Of a DNA stretch of 64,000 nucleotides, positions 42,601-56,582 are shown one piece after another (the first letter of the stretch is position 1; every line of letters starts with the position of its first letter). The notes beneath the pieces are model-generated. The model was not told the DNA's origin. It did no database searches and was given only the letters and a program-made list of their open reading frames with translations. The stretch is from the NCBI GenBank assembly GCA_973895155.1, contig OZ316895.1:11973929-12037928 (forward strand), written 5' to 3'. This DNA comes from Marsupella aquatica (Eukaryota; Plantae; Marchantiophyta). The translations under genes and the position numbers were made by a program.

Positions 42601-45541
42601 ATACAGTTCCGGGGAATTTGGAACGTATTGTAAGGAGCAGGGGATTACCCGCCATCTCACAACAAGTTATATTCCTCAGCAGAATGGTATTTCTGAGAGA
42701 CTCAACCAAACACTATTGGACCGCTCGAGGAGTATGTTGAGTCAATCATGCTTACCACATGAGTTTTGGGCTAAAGCTGTCAACACTACAGCTTATTTGG
42801 TAAATTTTTCTCCATCCAGTTCTATTGGATTCAAGACGCCATTTGAAATGAGGTACGGGCGTCCAGCAGATTACTCACATCTGAGGATTTTTGGATGTGA
42901 TGCTTATGTGCTTACACCTTCCCAGCTTCGATCCAAGCTGGAGTCCAAGTCGAAGAAGTGCATTTTCCTTGGCTATCAGAAAGGTGTTAAGGGTTATAGG
43001 TTATGGGATCCAGTAACCTGTAAACTAATTGTCAGTAGAGATGTGTCATTTAATGAATCCAGATCAATCCAAGGAGGGGGAGAGTTCTCAGGACTCCCAT
43101 ACTGACAAGGGAAAATCTCCCATCCCGGACCGGGTTGAGGGGGAGATTAGTCATGATGCAATTCATGACAGGAGAGATGGAGAAGCTTCGGGCTTGGAGC
43201 TGGTTCCTGTGATGGAACAAGAGGAGTAGATTGTTGCTGGGGTACCTTAAATTCAACCAGCAGCAACAGCAGATCAGCCTGAGTCATCTACTAGAAGAAC
43301 TTCCAGTCGTTCTACTAGAGCTCCTACCAGGTATGGTCAATGGGCAGACTCATCTAAGCTAGATGATATTGACATTGCACCTGATGAAGATGATATGGCT
43401 TTGATCTTGGAAGAAGGAGAGCCTTCTTCGTACAATGAGGCTTGTGCTTCAGAGCAGAAGCATGAGTGGAATGCAGCAATGCAGAGGGAGTTGCAATCTT
43501 TGAGTGACAACAAGACATGGGAGCTGGTGGAGCTTCCAAGAGGTCAACAAGTGGTGGACAGCAAGTGGATTTACAAGTTGAAGGACAGTCCTTCAGAGGG
43601 TGGAGATAAGATCTACAAGGCAAGGCTTGTTGCCAAGGGGTTCACTCAGGAGAAAGGAGTGGACTACAATGAGGTCTTTTCACCGGTGGCTAAGTATTCC
43701 ACAATTCGGATCTTGTGTCAGCTTGTTGTATTTTTTGGTCTGGTGATGGATCAGATGGATGTTGTTACTGCTTTTCTCTATGGCAACTTGGAAGAGTTGA
43801 TCTTCATGAGACAGCCACTAGGCTTTATGAAGAAGGGCCAAGAGAACTTAGTTTGCAGATTGCTCAAGTCCTTGTATGGATTGAAGCAGTCTCCCAGACA
43901 ATGAAACAAGCGGTTTGATGATTTCATGCTTGCTCAAGGTTTTACAAGGATGGTGTATGATCCTTGTGTGTATACGAAATCAGTCAAGAATGATGTATTT
44001 GGTTTCATCATTCTGATGATCTATGTGGATGACATGCTGATTGTGGCTAAAGATCAATCTGAGGTTGACAGTCTCAAGGCAAAATTGAGTGTTGAATTCA
44101 GGATGAAGGATCTTGGTAAGGCCAAGAGGATCTTAGGGATGGAGATTTTTAGGAACTCTGAGACTGGACAGTTGTGCTTGAGTCAAGGCCAGTATGCGAG
44201 GAAAGTACTTGCACGATTCAACATGGAGAACTGTAAGCTAGTGAGTATTTCTTTAGCTTCACATTTCAAGTTATCATCGGCTTTCTCTCCTACGGATGCT
44301 GTGGAGAAAGGTCTGATGGCTAAGATTCCTTATGAGAAGTCAGTAGGCAGTCTGATGTATTTGATGACTTGTACTAGGCCTGACTTGGCCCTAGCGATGG
44401 GCAAGGTTAGCAGATTCATGTCAAATCCAGGGAAGGTACACTGGGAAGCTGTGAAGTGGATTCTCAGGTATGTGAAGGGAACACAGGACTATGGATTACT
44501 ATTTGATAACAGATCAGATAGAACGTTGGTTGGCTATGTAAATTCTGACTATGGAGGCTGTCTGGATACAAGGAGGTCTACAACTGGGTTTGCTTACACT
44601 CTTGGAGGAGGATGTATCAGTTGGAAATCTACCTTGCAGAAGTGCATATCTCAGTCTACTACAGAAGCAGAGTATGTTGCAGCAGCAGAAGCAGCAAAGG
44701 AAGCAATTTGGTTGGATAAGTTGATCGCGGAGATGGGTTTAGAGCATGGAAAAATGACTCTAAACTATGATAGTCAGAGTGCTCTTCACTTGGCTGCTAA
44801 CCAGGTGATGGATAGCAGGGTGAAGCACATTGATATCAGGTACCATTTTATCAGGCAAGCAGTGTCTGATAAAACTTTTGAGCTAGTCAAGATTGATGGA
44901 AAGCTCAATCCCGCTGATGCCTTTACCAAAGTGATTCCTTTGGAGAGTTTCTCAAGACACCGTGCTACTTTGCAGGTTTTGCAGTTGTAGTGCAAGTAGA
45001 GTTATTTAGCAATGTATGACTATTTGTATATGGATTACTCATTCCTGTTAGGCTACGACTTAGTTCTAGTTAACCCTTAGTTAACCCTTGTGGTTTTTAG
45101 GGGGAGACCTGGTTTGGTGATTGTCTAGAACTTCCCGCTGAGGATTCCATATGGTAGCATTTAGTCCAGTCCCCAAGACAAGAATCAAGGGGGAGTTTGT
45201 TAGATATTGCTCTAGTCTTGTGACTAATGTGCTAACCAGAGTTAGGCTAACTCGGGTTAGGACCTAGCTAAGGTTAGCGGTAGTGCTGTTGTGCATATAG
45301 CCAGGGTTGATGCCAGACCCTGGTAGAACAAAGGCTCATTGTTATGGAGCTAGTTGAGAGATAGGAAGAGCTTGTGCTGTGGATGCTTGGTATGGCCGGT
45401 CGGTCTAGAGTGTAGTAAAGCTCTTGTATGTTCCCGTGGACGTAGCCTCATGTGGAGGTGAACCACGTATCTCTCTGTGTCGACTATTGTGCGTTGGATG
45501 GATCATGAGCTTGCCATTACGAATGTCGTCTATGCTCAACA
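39602..45541 (+). mobile_element. Ty1/copia LTR retrotransposon, copy 2 (5940 bp; 5' leader shorter than copy 1)
   Basis: LTRs 39602-39945 and 45198-45541 (344 bp each). TSD AGAGA at 39597-39601 and 45542-45546. PBS TGGTATCAGAGC at 39948 and PPT at 45187-45195. The internal region is highly similar to copy 1. Confidence 0.98.
40716..44990 (+). pseudogene. Copia gag-pol of copy 2, disrupted
   Basis: Same domains as copy 1. Frameshifts near 41281 and 43066. Stops at ~41555 (TAG), 41768 (TGA, shared with copy 1), ~41819, ~43227, ~43248 and ~43902. Confidence 0.95.
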
Positions 45542-46177
45542 AGAGAGTCCACCATGAAAAGAAAACTAAGAGAAGAGTAACTCTGAAAACCCCTCTGAAA
45601 AGAGCGAAAGAGATTCGCTTAGGGGTGTCTTGTTCGCTTCCTCTCTTTGCTGGCTCTTTCACTACAGTCACAGTGAAGTGGAAATCTGTGAAGTAAACTG
45701 ATGTGATTGTTCCCTTAATATGTAGGAAGCCTTCTTACAATTGCCAAAACTAGACATGTCTAGCAAGGGGCTTCCAGAATGATGTCACCTACCATCACTT
45801 GGGGGGTTTGTTCCCCCACAACAAGAGTATCCATTCTGGGCAAAAAGGAAAATTAGGTGGAATGAAAAGTTGAAATTTTCAAAATGTCACATACTATCAC
45901 ATTATCAAAACAAACAGTATTGGTGTTACCCAATAGAAGGGGCCTTCAAAATCATGAGACGCTTGAGATGTCATCCCCTAATAGAGCTTAGGGTTTACTC
46001 TTTAACAGTAGTTTAAGAACATAATTTGCATGGATGACATCCCCAGAAGTATCACAATATACCTGACAAATATAGTGTTATCAAGTCAATGCTTGTGCAT
46101 TGACCAGTATTTTCCATAATAAATTATGTGAAAGTGAAGCCCAGATGGTCCTTCATGTTGGACACTGTGCTCCAGTG

Positions 46178-46560
46178 GACCCCATTTTGGTGGTCCATGA
46201 GAATTTTGGGCTTATAGCTTGATGAATATGAGTCTTAAATAAAGTTATAAAATTTCCACTGCAAGGCAACTAGAGAAGGAAGAGACATACAAAAACACAA
46301 GCCCTAATATCTCATATTAGCAGAGTGAAAATTAATCTAATAGGATCTATCCCTCCCCATTCCATGATGGATACTTCAACCAAAATGGCCAAAAATCACT
46401 CACTTTGATAAAAGTGTAGCTCAACTATTTCTCTAGCATATACTCAAATTAGTTTGAATTTATAATCATCAAATTAGTACAATTAAACTCACATTTTGGG
46501 GAATCTGGTCCATGGGGGTGTCCAAAGACCAACAATGTGTCCATGGGAGCATCATTTTTC
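46178..46560 (-). repeat. Second, inverted copy of the dispersed repeat at 27563-27948
   Basis: Its reverse complement aligns by eye with 27563-27948, with many substitutions and small indels. Confidence 0.8.
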
Positions 46561-48237
46561 AAATGATGTTGTGCATTGAGCATAAATGCTGTTGAATATA
46601 AATGAGATGGCCAAGCAGTCAAACACGATGAGCAAATGAGGTGGTCTGACACTGAATTCAAAGAATTTAACTAAGAATGTGCAAGAATGTTAGGCAGAAA
46701 GAGGAGCACAGTGATATCTTTAGTATCATCTCTTGGTTAGGAAAAAAATATCTCATCTCTGGAGTTGAACAGCCAAGGAGGCTTTATAGCAACATGACAT
46801 TTCAGCTTCGCACTAGCTTTAACACTTGTGAGCATGACATGACTTAAACAGACAGTGGGAAAGTACGAGTAAGATTGCATACTATAGTCTTAACGAACAC
46901 CATTAGTGGTGAAAGTACTAAGATCCTTTGTGGTCCTACAATCACACACTCCATATCTGTTTCAAGCTAAAAGTGTTGTGACCCATTGTTTTGTATATCC
47001 AATCAAGAATTACTAAGACTAATTCAAATTTCAAGGCATCATACCACTCATGCAAATGTAATCTAGATGGTAAGCACAAATGAGCTGTTAGCATTATACA
47101 TATCACGTGAATGTTTTGCTCTGTTTATATTTGAGCGACAAAGCGAGATCTAGTTAACAGCCGCAGTTGGAGAATTGATTGGGCATCGACACAGGTAAAT
47201 TGACAAAGCTTCAAAGTTTATATTTACAGGTGAAGCAAATAATTGGCTCCATTAACCGCTCTCAAAATCTTAAGAATCTTAATCTTCATTAGAAAGCAAA
47301 GAATTCAGCTCACACAAATCTCCCTCCATTCTCAGACCTGTACATGACTATAACTACGATGTTTGGAGATTTGGCTGGACTATTTGGAGACAGGTGAATA
47401 CACAAGTGTAGACTGCCAAGAGGAAAGAGGCAAAAACGCATGTACAAACAGATTAGGGAATGGCCTCTCCCTGTATTTCAGAAACTAGGCATCTATCACA
47501 ACGTCAGTCTCCCTGCATGACAACCAAAAACGTAGTTCGTGTTAGAATCAAATCTAAAGAATTATTGTACAGGTCAGACAGCCTCACCCTTGGTCATGAT
47601 TGACAATCACAAGCTTGAGAGACGAAAGGTTCACAAACACAGATCAAGGTACTCTGAGAAAGCAGACCCCAGTAGATAAGAATCTTGAGAATCGTGAGAG
47701 CAGGATAGTACCCACCTTGCCACACGTTATCTCATACTGCTTTCACTCCTTGTAAAGATCTTGCCTGGATAGGTCCATGTGACTTCATTATCATTTAAAC
47801 ATCAAATGAAACATGCAAAGACAGCTCCATCACGCTACATCCGACATATGGTCTATATGTCATCACTGGAAACTGCATAGAAGTTGTACCATACAGATTT
47901 GACTAACAGGTCTTCATACATCAAATGGACATAGTGGAGCCACTCCAATCTTAGAGTAGCTCAGGATTCATGCAAGCTGATCATCTATCATTGACCAGTT
48001 GCGTAACTTATAGTGCACGGCTACAGATGTGTGCAAGCTGTCCGCAACACTATTATATTGGTGCTGGGAAGTGCACAGGCAATGTACCCTGACTCTACCT
48101 CGCAACTGTCTCGGAGTTCTTTGCAGTACTTCTTACGATAACTACGAAGCGAATATATTCATAATGGTCTTGTGATATAACTCCATGGGGAAAAGAAGAA
48201 CCTCGAGTAGCACACCAACTCCATTCATAAGATGATC

Positions 48238-51159
48238 TCAATCTAGTTTTTCATGGAGTTGATTAGGAAGAATTTTACCGGCCAGAGCTGCATGATACAC
48301 TCGTTTCTCATAAAGTCCTATGTCCGATCTTTTCAAGTCCCCCTGCACCAACGATACAAATATTCAGATGGATCCAATTCATCTATGTTCCATCGTAAAC
48401 GCACCCTATTTGTATGAATAAAACTTTCAAAAGCATTCTTCCAACGTGCAATCGTGCAATTCAATCCTAAACAGAAGGTTGAGGGCCTCAATTTCTGTTC
48501 CATCTCCGAAGATATCATCAAAATGATGCAACGTTTCAAATCACATTCCAAGAAGAAGAATAGTTTAACTTGATCATACGAGCCTCTGTAGTCCACGCAC
48601 ACGAGACGAACTAACACCAATTCTGAAAAAGAAAAGTTCAGCTCAAAAGATATGGGCTTACCTCAGTAGACATTAAAGTACGAACATTGGTGGCATAGAT
48701 CTTGGGATCTGAGCATTCCTTTGCAGTTGGGTAATACACTGGTAGCCTCGTAACCTCCAAATGATTTACAAATTGACAGAGAAGAAGAATGACATGGCGG
48801 ACCTGCAAGATGCGTCCTGGTCATATCCGTATCTAGTTTTCAGCCAAAAGGCCAAGGTCGTATAGATTTCTCAAGCAATCTTCTGTACTTTGCGAGCCCT
48901 CTCAATCAAACTTGTCGATATAGGAGGTGTAGAAGAGCAATGGCTTCATCTTACCCCCGTGATGGTTTCCCAAGCAGGGCTGAACCGCAAGTAGGGATAC
49001 TTCAACAGCACAGGTAGAATTGGAGTCCCAGCGAGAAAAGCACCAGTCTTGAAGGGCAATAAATATTCTCCATTGGTGGTCGTTCCCTCTGCACAAGGTA
49101 ATTTATAAGGGAAAGAGGAATGTAGAGGACGAGACGACATTCATTGACATTTGGCAAGTGGACTGCCCCGGATTATGATTCTCTGGTAGCAGGAAAGAGA
49201 GGAGCTGAAGAATACCTGGAAACAGTAAGAAAATTGGTGCTGTTTCGCTTCTGTGTGCTGCTTGCAAACGCTCTTTAATAATGCCTGCTCAAGCACAGAA
49301 GCCAAACCACATTACTCCAGATGTCCTGAATTATACAACCCGCGTGCTAACGTAGACTAATCAAGCTAGCTATAGAATTTCACTAATGATGGCATTAGAG
49401 CGACGACTATCTCCAGAATACTGCCGAGTTTAGGGTTTAGTTCTGAAGATCCCTAAATCCCCTAGACTCTTCATGAGAAAAATACGTACCTGACACTCCC
49501 TTGAAATTTGGGGACCTGGATTCACGTTGAACATATACACAGCCCATGCACTTGCTGCACCAGAGATGCAGCCCGGGCAGTAGTATTAGCAGAGCAACTG
49601 AACTCTCTCATCTTTATTCCAAACAGAGATCAAGCCATGCAACATGGTCACTCCTTGCATGGTGCGTCTGCGACATTGACTTCCCAAACACTTACTTAAC
49701 TTTGTCAAGCAAAAGTAATTCACCTTATCAAGCCAATCAAAGGCAACTTCGCCACTGATTTCTTTCAGGATGAATATTCACAGCACAAAGTCAGGGAAAA
49801 CAATTAGAAGATCACGAAATTTCACTTAGGAAAGAAGAGATACACAATTGAAACTCAAACCAGAGCAGAATCGGACATATCGGACAAGAAGCATTACAAA
49901 AAACTTATTCACCGGCTACCAGTGAAGGGCGAAATCAACATTAGTCGACCATCTATTTGAATCATCCACATACTGGCCCTAGACTAATGTGTCGTTGTTC
50001 ACCAAACGAAGCTAAAGTGCTTACGACTGGGGTTGGATGACAAGCATGAAATACCTTCGCAACAAAGCTGGGGAAAGATGCAGACATATGATAGAGAATG
50101 TCAATATAAGATATGTGATTAGAGACGATGGCACCGGGAAACCCCATTGGTGTCTCCAACAACCCCTGGTTATCCTGTTTGCAGAAAGTAGTGAAAGTAA
50201 GCGTGATTCATCACAGGGGCATACAGAACACAGCACGATAGCTAACAAACTTCGAACACTCACATCCTGACCGAGAAATTCACTTCTCCGAGTGGCTGCA
50301 GCAGAGAAACGGTATTACTTGGAGACAGATTCAGGCAAAACCTATCATATCTGAAGGAATTTCCCAACAATCGTACCTCGGTTTCTGGCTCTCCTAATCC
50401 CAGGTCGAGACGGCGCATGACCTCAGGGGTCTTGTGAGAGACTTTAATATGGTAGAATCCAAAGACAAATAGTAATGACCTTGCCAGCCAGCGCCCAGTG
50501 ATCACGATGACACGGCGTCTGAGTCCTGTAAGATAGCCATAATTCTCTTGCCCTTCTTCGTCTCCAGGGAGCCGAAATAGGGTGCAAACCTTGCAAATGC
50601 ACCAATATAAAATGAGGATCAAGAGGAGGAGAATGACTCGGATAGGCGCAATGGTGACGAGGGCAAGGCCTAGCAGGATCTTCTCCAAAAGAGGAAAGGG
50701 ACCTCTTCCGAATGTACCGTAAGTGTCCTCTCTAACAAAAGCAGCGTACTTCTCCTCCATCTCCTCTATTAGCCCAGGAGTTATGTCTTCCTCTCTTACT
50801 GGCACCAGAGCAGATTGGGTAGTTGTTGTCCTGACATCAGCAGCTGCCCTCACATCGACAGCAGAGCTCTCATTTTCCGAGTTGCCGCTTTTAGAGTGTA
50901 ACAGGACTTTCATGTCATCCTCAAAGTTATGGCTCCTTAACACTTCCGATTTCTTCTTCGCCATGTGATCCGCTGCTCCTCGCTCTATCTGCTGATCTTC
51001 AGCCCTGGCATTGGTAGAGAGCAGGGGTGCATCTTGGTTCTCTCTCCCAAACGACCCGCTTGAGTCAAGTAGGTTAGAATTTCCTTGCCCTATCTGCTCG
51101 GGCTGCTGCTGTTTTTCCTGGGCCGGCAGCTCCAATTCCCTTCTCACTGGATTTCCCAT
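48238..51159 (-). CDS. LPEAT1: Lysophospholipid acyltransferase, LPEAT1-like, multi-exon
   Basis: Long first exon from 51159 (EEKYAAFVREDTYG, transmembrane segment, FVFGFYHI). Later exons carry PGAIVSNHISYIDILYHMSASFPSFVAK (HxxxxD motif), FPEGTTTNGEYLLPFKTGAF, PAWET, FVNHLEVTRLPVYYP and DIGLYEKRVYHAALAG. Read-through gives KILPNQLHEKLD* at 48238, but the exact last exon is uncertain. Confidence 0.88.
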
Positions 51160-54100
51160 CTCTTGCCCTTTCTCTCACTTCCACACACACAAAAGAGAAA
51201 CCCCACACGAAGGTTGAGAACCCTCTAGTGGACAGGTCAAAGAGGTTAAATGCTTGTCTGTAAGGCCATCGAGAACAAAACCCACAAGGGTTCAAGAACA
51301 CCCCCTGTAAGGCTGGGAGCGCAAGTCAAATCCTCACGATGCAACTCATCCATGAACTTCTCATCTTGGGTAATTTAACAATGAGAGAGTGCACCGCGAT
51401 CGTGAAAAGCTTGGAATTTCCAAGTACGCTTTTCCGTCCTCTGAAAATTAAGATGAAGAGGTGGCCGATTGGCCTTTGTCACGAACTCATCGATCTCCTA
51501 CCAGTTCTGTAGATCCCATGAAAGTAACGAACATGCCACCAGTCACGCGCTCAACGCTACCTGTCCAAAACCGGCATTCTATCCCCCATTTTTCTCCAAG
51601 AGGCTTGACGTTCCTTTCGCCCTCTCTGTCGTATTCCCTTGTTGCCCTAGAGACCCTTCACGAGTCCCCTTGGATTACTTGGTGTTCAATCCACAGGTGT
51701 CTTCACCCGCTCCCAAGCAATCTAAGTCACAAGCCTCGAGCTATGTCACCGAAGAGACACTGCCCTTCATACTATAGATCATACTATAGATCCCTTTTCC
51801 AGGTGTTGCATCATCCCCTTATTCCTCGTGTCCTGTTCTACCACCGAAAATCGGAGCATAAAACCCTATCGAAGACTCCTCCTTGATCTTCGCTCGCCTG
51901 GGACACCACAATAACCAGCAAAGAATTCGCCAACGAAAATTACCATAAATTCTCCTCTTCTCTTTGCCCACGAGCAAACTCCGTACCTGTCACAAAAACG
52001 AAGACAAGGACTCCTTGTCAGATCGTTGCCCCAAAATACGCCAATGACGAAGGGACTCAACTGTAGGTAGGATGCTGTAATTCTTTCTATCTGCTCCACT
52101 GATGAGTATCACGATCACATCCACCCTTTGAAAGACACACAGGGTTTATTTATCCGCTCCACTGCGGAGTTTACTGGGTTCCGAGATCTGTTGGATGATT
52201 GCACCAGCGAATGGATCAGAAGTCAGGTTGCCAAGAAACTAAACTCAATGCTGCAAATCTACAACCCAGCGATGGCTCCACCTATCCCCTCTTCTCCTTG
52301 TAGGAATAGCACATCCACAACAGATACGCTTGATGACACCGAAAGCCTCACAATCAGGATGGACACTCCTGCAAGAAACGCAATCTCCTCCTCCTCCTGT
52401 GTTGTCTCTGGGCTCCTCCAATCTTCACTGTCTTCACCTCCCCACTCCCCTCCTGCGTCGTCTGATGTAGTCACAGGGCCAGCCAAAGAGGGTATGAAAC
52501 TCCTTATCCAATCAAATCCAGAATCCTTGGTCGCTTACCTGCTCATGAGTTCTGTGGGGCAAGGAGATGATTGTGTTCTCAAATAGTGTTGGTCAGTGGC
52601 ATGTAGATTTCCTTGACTGAGGTCAGCCGGGCAGGAAAAGGCAGGACGGCAGGACGTGGGCTGGGCTTGGCGGTGTTTCGATTTGGACAAGCCAATTTGA
52701 CGCATGTGACTGAATTGGATGGATTTCATCGGATGATTGTCATCAGCCAGCGAACTGGGAGGCAACAGCCAGCGAACTGGTCTTTTTGGGAGAATGCACT
52801 TGGGCGCCCCTAAGCAGAGGGCTGGTGGCTGTAGGCTGTCTACCGGACACTGCTCACAAATTCACCATCTCCCATAGCAGACCACAGGATGGCGAAGGTG
52901 TGTTGGAGTGGAGATTGGCCGATTGGATTGACGTTGACTCCACTCGCTTGCTTGCTGGAGCGTTTGCTTTCTAGCTGCTACTTTGGTCACCTCCACGAGT
53001 GAGACACAGACCATACCATACCATTTCTGCTTCCTTTCCGCTCCGCTCATGAGAATCTTGTTTTTAATTAAGATTTTGGCTATGCTGTGGTCAGCCGCCC
53101 AATCCCCTCCCCATTGCCACAAAGCCTGTCCCCACACTTTTCATTAAATCTACATCTACAGTACCTTATTGCCAGAATACAAACTAGGAGCATCTGCACA
53201 GGTTTGGCTGCACTACATTGCCAAATGGAAAATGAGGCCTGCATCATGATATGTTCGAGGTGGACGAGCAGCGTTACACCAGTGCCCTGTAACACAAAGC
53301 CCAAACCCTTTAACCTGTGTTCGTTCATAAAGGAAACAGACATAGACACTGGTGTCAATTTCATAAAAACTAGAAAATGATTTAAGAGGCCTGAGATGCA
53401 AACATGTGGTGCAAGGAAGCATAGATGCTAGTTGGTGGCACTAGTTTAACTAAAGGAGAATGCAGACTTGGAAAAAGGCCAAATATTCAGGTTTGGAAGA
53501 GTTTGGGTGCAGCAGCCTGGCCACCATTTGCTGATGCCTACCACTAGGACATTTTGAATACGATGAAACGGCGGAAACGACTGGTCGTACACCAAATGTG
53601 AGGCCCAAGCAGTCATGATCGAAACGGAGGACTGATTACTACGAGGAGAGGACCTGATTTCAGTGTGTTCATTGACTCACTTTGTCATTTTCGCAAACTT
53701 CTACGACCCCTCTAAAATCTGAGAGCCCAAAAATATTACTGCCCGGCTATACCCAGTTTAAGTGCACCCAAGTGCATTGCGGGACACCCATGAGGTGAAT
53801 TTTTTTTCAATATTTGAGACGCCCTACTGGTGCAAGCTAGAAAAATGCCTCACACCAGGATAAGACAGGATATGCCAGTCCGTAGTTGGATGTAGAGACC
53901 CAAGCGGATGATCTAAGACTCTTTTGTGCCACTTGGTTTGCCAATCACAAAACCATGTCTTGGTTTGTGGCCTGGTTGTATGGAGGTCATGAGTAAGTGT
54001 ATATTTAACTCTGAGTCATTTCCAGCAGTATGCCAGTTTACAGTATCAGGTTTACAGTCAATCCTCACCATTGTCACCTGCACCTATAAACATGTGAAGG

Positions 54101-56582
54101 TTGACACTGCAAAGGGGGGTAGGGGGCAGCCAGGTTTGGCTGGTTTGGCGGTCGCCCTGCACATTTGCCATCAGTGCAACCATTGTGATTGATGAACAAT
54201 TGGCTAGTGTGTATCTATATCTCTGTGAGTTACTTGCCAGGGACAAAAAGTTAACAACCAGCACTCCCCGAGCAGAACTGACAAAAATTAGTGGGTGACA
54301 TTAGTGGGACTGCTCGTCAATATCATATGAATGTGGGTGAAGCTATTTCCTAGGCCTCCAAACATATGGGCAAAAATAACCCTGGGGTCCTCATTTTTTT
54401 TCCACCCATCACACACAAACAAATATAGGTGTTTTGGGGGTTTTAGTGAAACATTTATAAATTTGTGTGGAGAACATGAGGGGTGTTTTAATTAATCAGT
54501 TTTGAGAATTATAAGAATTGTAGTGTTTCTAGATAAAAATTTAAAAAGATTCCAAAAAGTTAGGGTAAAAACTTTGTAAAATAATTATTTGCTTATGTTT
54601 TAGTGCATGTATTCCCCCAAAACTTTGTGGGTGATATGAACCCCCCTTGGAACGGCCCCCTGAGAAACTAGCCTGCAGCAGGCAGTGGCCACTTAACCCC
54701 TGGATTATAGCATGTTCATCTTGGAACATGTTTCATTTTTTGTTTTGAAATGCAGGTGATTTAATTTTTTGTGGCAAATATAAACAGGACATTAACTAGG
54801 AAGACATATTGTCTACGATATTGAAAAATAGTGCACATAAGGTACAAGAGCAAAAATACACAAAGTAAATGAACAGGAAAAGTTTAAGTGTGTGATATTG
54901 GGTTGTGCACATATTGTACACCAATAGAGATACTTATGTACTTACCTGAGGTAATGACACTCAAATGAATTAAACCATAAATTTAGGACACAGAACCATG
55001 AGTAGAACTCAAAGACACAAGGAGTGCACTTTATTTAGATCATTTCTTTTCACTCATGAGAATAAGGGCTAAAATTCAGTGAGCTTTGTTAAATGGATGA
55101 TCTTAAATATAGCAACGATTAAAATTTTTAGAAGGGTGCCAGAATAAATTCAAAATCTAAACTATACAAGGGATGCACCTTGGTAAGACACATTGAATTA
55201 AACATACATAAGAAAAACAGTTTGAATAAGACAAAATACTGGGAGACCATCTAGCAGTTTCATAATGAGTTCCATACCGCTGGAGATACTGTAAGCCAAT
55301 CCCAGCCCAACATCCTTGTCCTATGCGCCAGCATCTACCATAGTAATACTCTGGTTTGCACAAAACATTGTAAAAACTGGCTCCCAATTCCAAAAATAGG
55401 CCTTCCAAAACAGTGGGCTGGAAAAATATGCAGGTACTTTTAGGAAATAATTACCTGCTCTGGCTGGCATCAGCAAAATATCAGGAAAAGTGGACTGATA
55501 AACGTTTTTAGCAACGGTCGTCATTGAAATGGTCATCTGCAAAAGTCTACAAGCACGTAAATATTACTTTTCACTGCTAACCCAGATGAAACTAGACTAA
55601 TCCCTCCCTCGGGCCTCCCTCACCACCCTCAGTCCTGGCAAGTGACTTATGAATATCAGCCCAACTAGATCATCAGGTTTGCACAATAAATGATTATTTA
55701 AAGTGAAATCAAATTGATAAATCATTATGGCATTTCCCTATAATTCAAAAATTACAAATACTATGTTTTCGGGTAGGCATTGGCAAACTTGAGAATCTCC
55801 AAAATAATTTATATGTCCAATTGTTTTCAGTGAGAGGTGACTAACCCACCAAAATGCACCTCAGCCTATTATTGTAAGAGTCTCTGCCCATCAAAATGAC
55901 ATATATGATGTACAACATCGCTCCATACCATGATAAACCTGGTTATTTAATTTAAATGAATGAGTGCACACCATACTCTACCACATTTTTATGTGTGATT
56001 AGGGGCAGGGTTACCACCCACTTTCATCCAAGATCTTTTTTTCCCTCTTTCATGATTGGAGGAGTGGCCTTGTCTGTTGTGTTCAGGAGGAGATAATTTA
56101 TTACAATCAATTGTTTCGATGCAAGACACACCTATGCTAGGACTAGTTATACAACAATTGATTTCAACCAGACTCTCATCTTGATAGAACTTGCATGGCA
56201 AACATACAGTAAATATGTGCAACATCATGATTGGTACCAGTGTCGTTAAACTTGGATCATCAAACTGAAAGTACGTACCCAGTGTAGATACCTGCACCAC
56301 CGTGATTGGCTCCTGCATCCATAAGTTTAGCCATTCACATATTATACACACACTTTTTATAGAAAGGGACCAAACACTGTACACAAGAACAAACAAAAGA
56401 GGGTCCAAGTGGACAAAACCAAACCTACAAGAAGTGAACAAAAGGGAACCTCAAAACACCGAAAAAGAGGAACTAAAAGTAAGAAATGAGCAATAGGGAA
56501 CCCCTAAAAACCAAGAAAGAGGGACTAAAACTAACCCAACCGGACCGAGGTCCACATCATTCGTAGCAAATGTGACAAAAAG

